Shown here: piece after piece, positions 63,114-64,000 of the stretch
Layout of the letters: every line of letters starts with the position of its first letter
Position numbering within the stretch: the first letter of the stretch is position 1
From: Gordius albopunctatus
Taxonomy: Eukaryota
Assembly (NCBI GenBank): GCA_964276515.1
Contig: OZ193909.1
Location: forward strand, 20,274,001 to 20,338,000
Direction: 5' to 3'
DNA length: 64,000 nt
The notes under the pieces: generated by a model
Told to the model about the DNA's origin: nothing
The model's database searches: none
What the model saw: only the letters and a program-made list of their open reading frames with translations
Translations under genes and position numbers: made by a program

Positions 63114-64000
63114 TAGAGACCTGCAACGGGCCTGTTTAGGTCAATAGGCCCGCCTGTTGTATTGTAAAAATTAAAAAGCCCGGACCCGGCCCGTAAAAAT
63201 AAAATGTGATAGGCCCAGGCCCGGCCCGCTAATTAATTGCAAAGCCCAGCCCGGACCCGTATACAAAATTTTTTAGTTTGTTAATTTCTGTTGAATTTTC
63301 ATTTTTTTTATTAAAATATTTAATCAATATATCTATATATTATGAATATTAATAATAATCATGTAAAAATAATAAATCATCAATTCAATCAATCGATTTG
63401 CAATTGAAAAATTTCTTTCACTAGTGGCACTTGTGGCAGGAATACATAAAACTTTATATGCCAAATGAGATATTTTTGGATACGTAATTTAAGGTTGAAT
63501 TGATATTAATAACATTTAGTTCGCTTCTTTGCCTTTCCACCATTTGATAAGATTAAAACATTCAGGATCTACATATTCCTCAAGATATTGATTAAATTCA
63601 TTTGTTGATGAAGGTATGCTTTCATTATCCTACCATTCCGAAAATACGCATTAAGATTTTTTAGCAAAATATTCTAAAATTTTGTCTTAAAATCTTACCT
63701 TGAGACATACTTTTGTCATTTTCTAAACTCTCGGAAAAACTAACTGATTGAGTAAAATCATCGCGATCTATAAGACTTTTTATTTCTTCATAAGTCTCCC
63801 TTTTCTCTTGAGTAGTAGCCATTTTCATGTGTTTAAATTTGGGGTGAAGCGCCGTAGCCATTCTATGCAAGGAATGGATGGTATATTTTTGATTAATCAA
63901 TTCTTTAATTTTATTTTTGATATTTCTAATTTGATCGTCCGAAAATTCATCATTTTCCATCATATTAATTAATTTCAATTTCCTTAAAAATACATAAGGC
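63114..64000 (-). mobile_element. hAT (hobo-like) transposon end, running off the window
   Basis: TIR TAGAGACCTGCA, identical to 15381, with GGCCCGG repeats. Transposase C-terminus HRMATALHPKFK...LIKWWK...YPKISHLAYKVLCIPATSATSERNFS. Confidence 0.85.

Noticed and set aside
15381..63125. TAG- rather than CAG-starting TIRs in several hAT families
   Set aside because: This fits the known hAT terminal consensus (C/T)A(A/G)NG, so it is not unusual.
1..64000. Spliced-leader RNA, snRNA, tRNA or rRNA genes as CRE target sites
   Set aside because: I recognised no such gene or conserved target at CRE junctions by eye. An Infernal/Rfam scan would be needed to exclude them.

Overview
This is AT-rich eukaryotic DNA, most likely from an invertebrate animal, with short GT-AG introns. 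There is no prokaryotic content: I saw no CRISPR array, rRNA or tRNA gene. Three recognisable host genes lie on the minus strand: a BTB/POZ-BACK(-PHR-like) protein (3500-5357), Abitram/Simiate (29219-29846) and the multi-exon ribosome-quality-control E3 ligase Listerin/LTN1 (34089-48368). There is also a two-exon small secreted Ser-Gly-rich peptide gene with an in-frame TAA (54227-54981). The rest is dense, often nested transposon debris: two families of CRE-clade (RT + restriction-like endonuclease) non-LTR retrotransposons, RTE and RTE-like LINEs, Penelope-like, Gypsy, BEL/Pao and Helitron pieces, several hAT transposons and MITEs with 8-bp TSDs, a piggyBac MITE and pogo/Tc1-like MITEs. I found no clearly novel biological system. 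The best leads are: an intron-concentrated hAT MITE family and a GC/CpG step inside LTN1; same-family LINEs sitting head-to-head at two start codons; a covarying structured LINE 3' RNA module; a CRE-hAT-CRE nest; and the orphan secreted peptide gene. All calls come from reading motifs by eye. No searches were run, so most boundaries are approximate unless a TIR, TSD or splice site fixes them.
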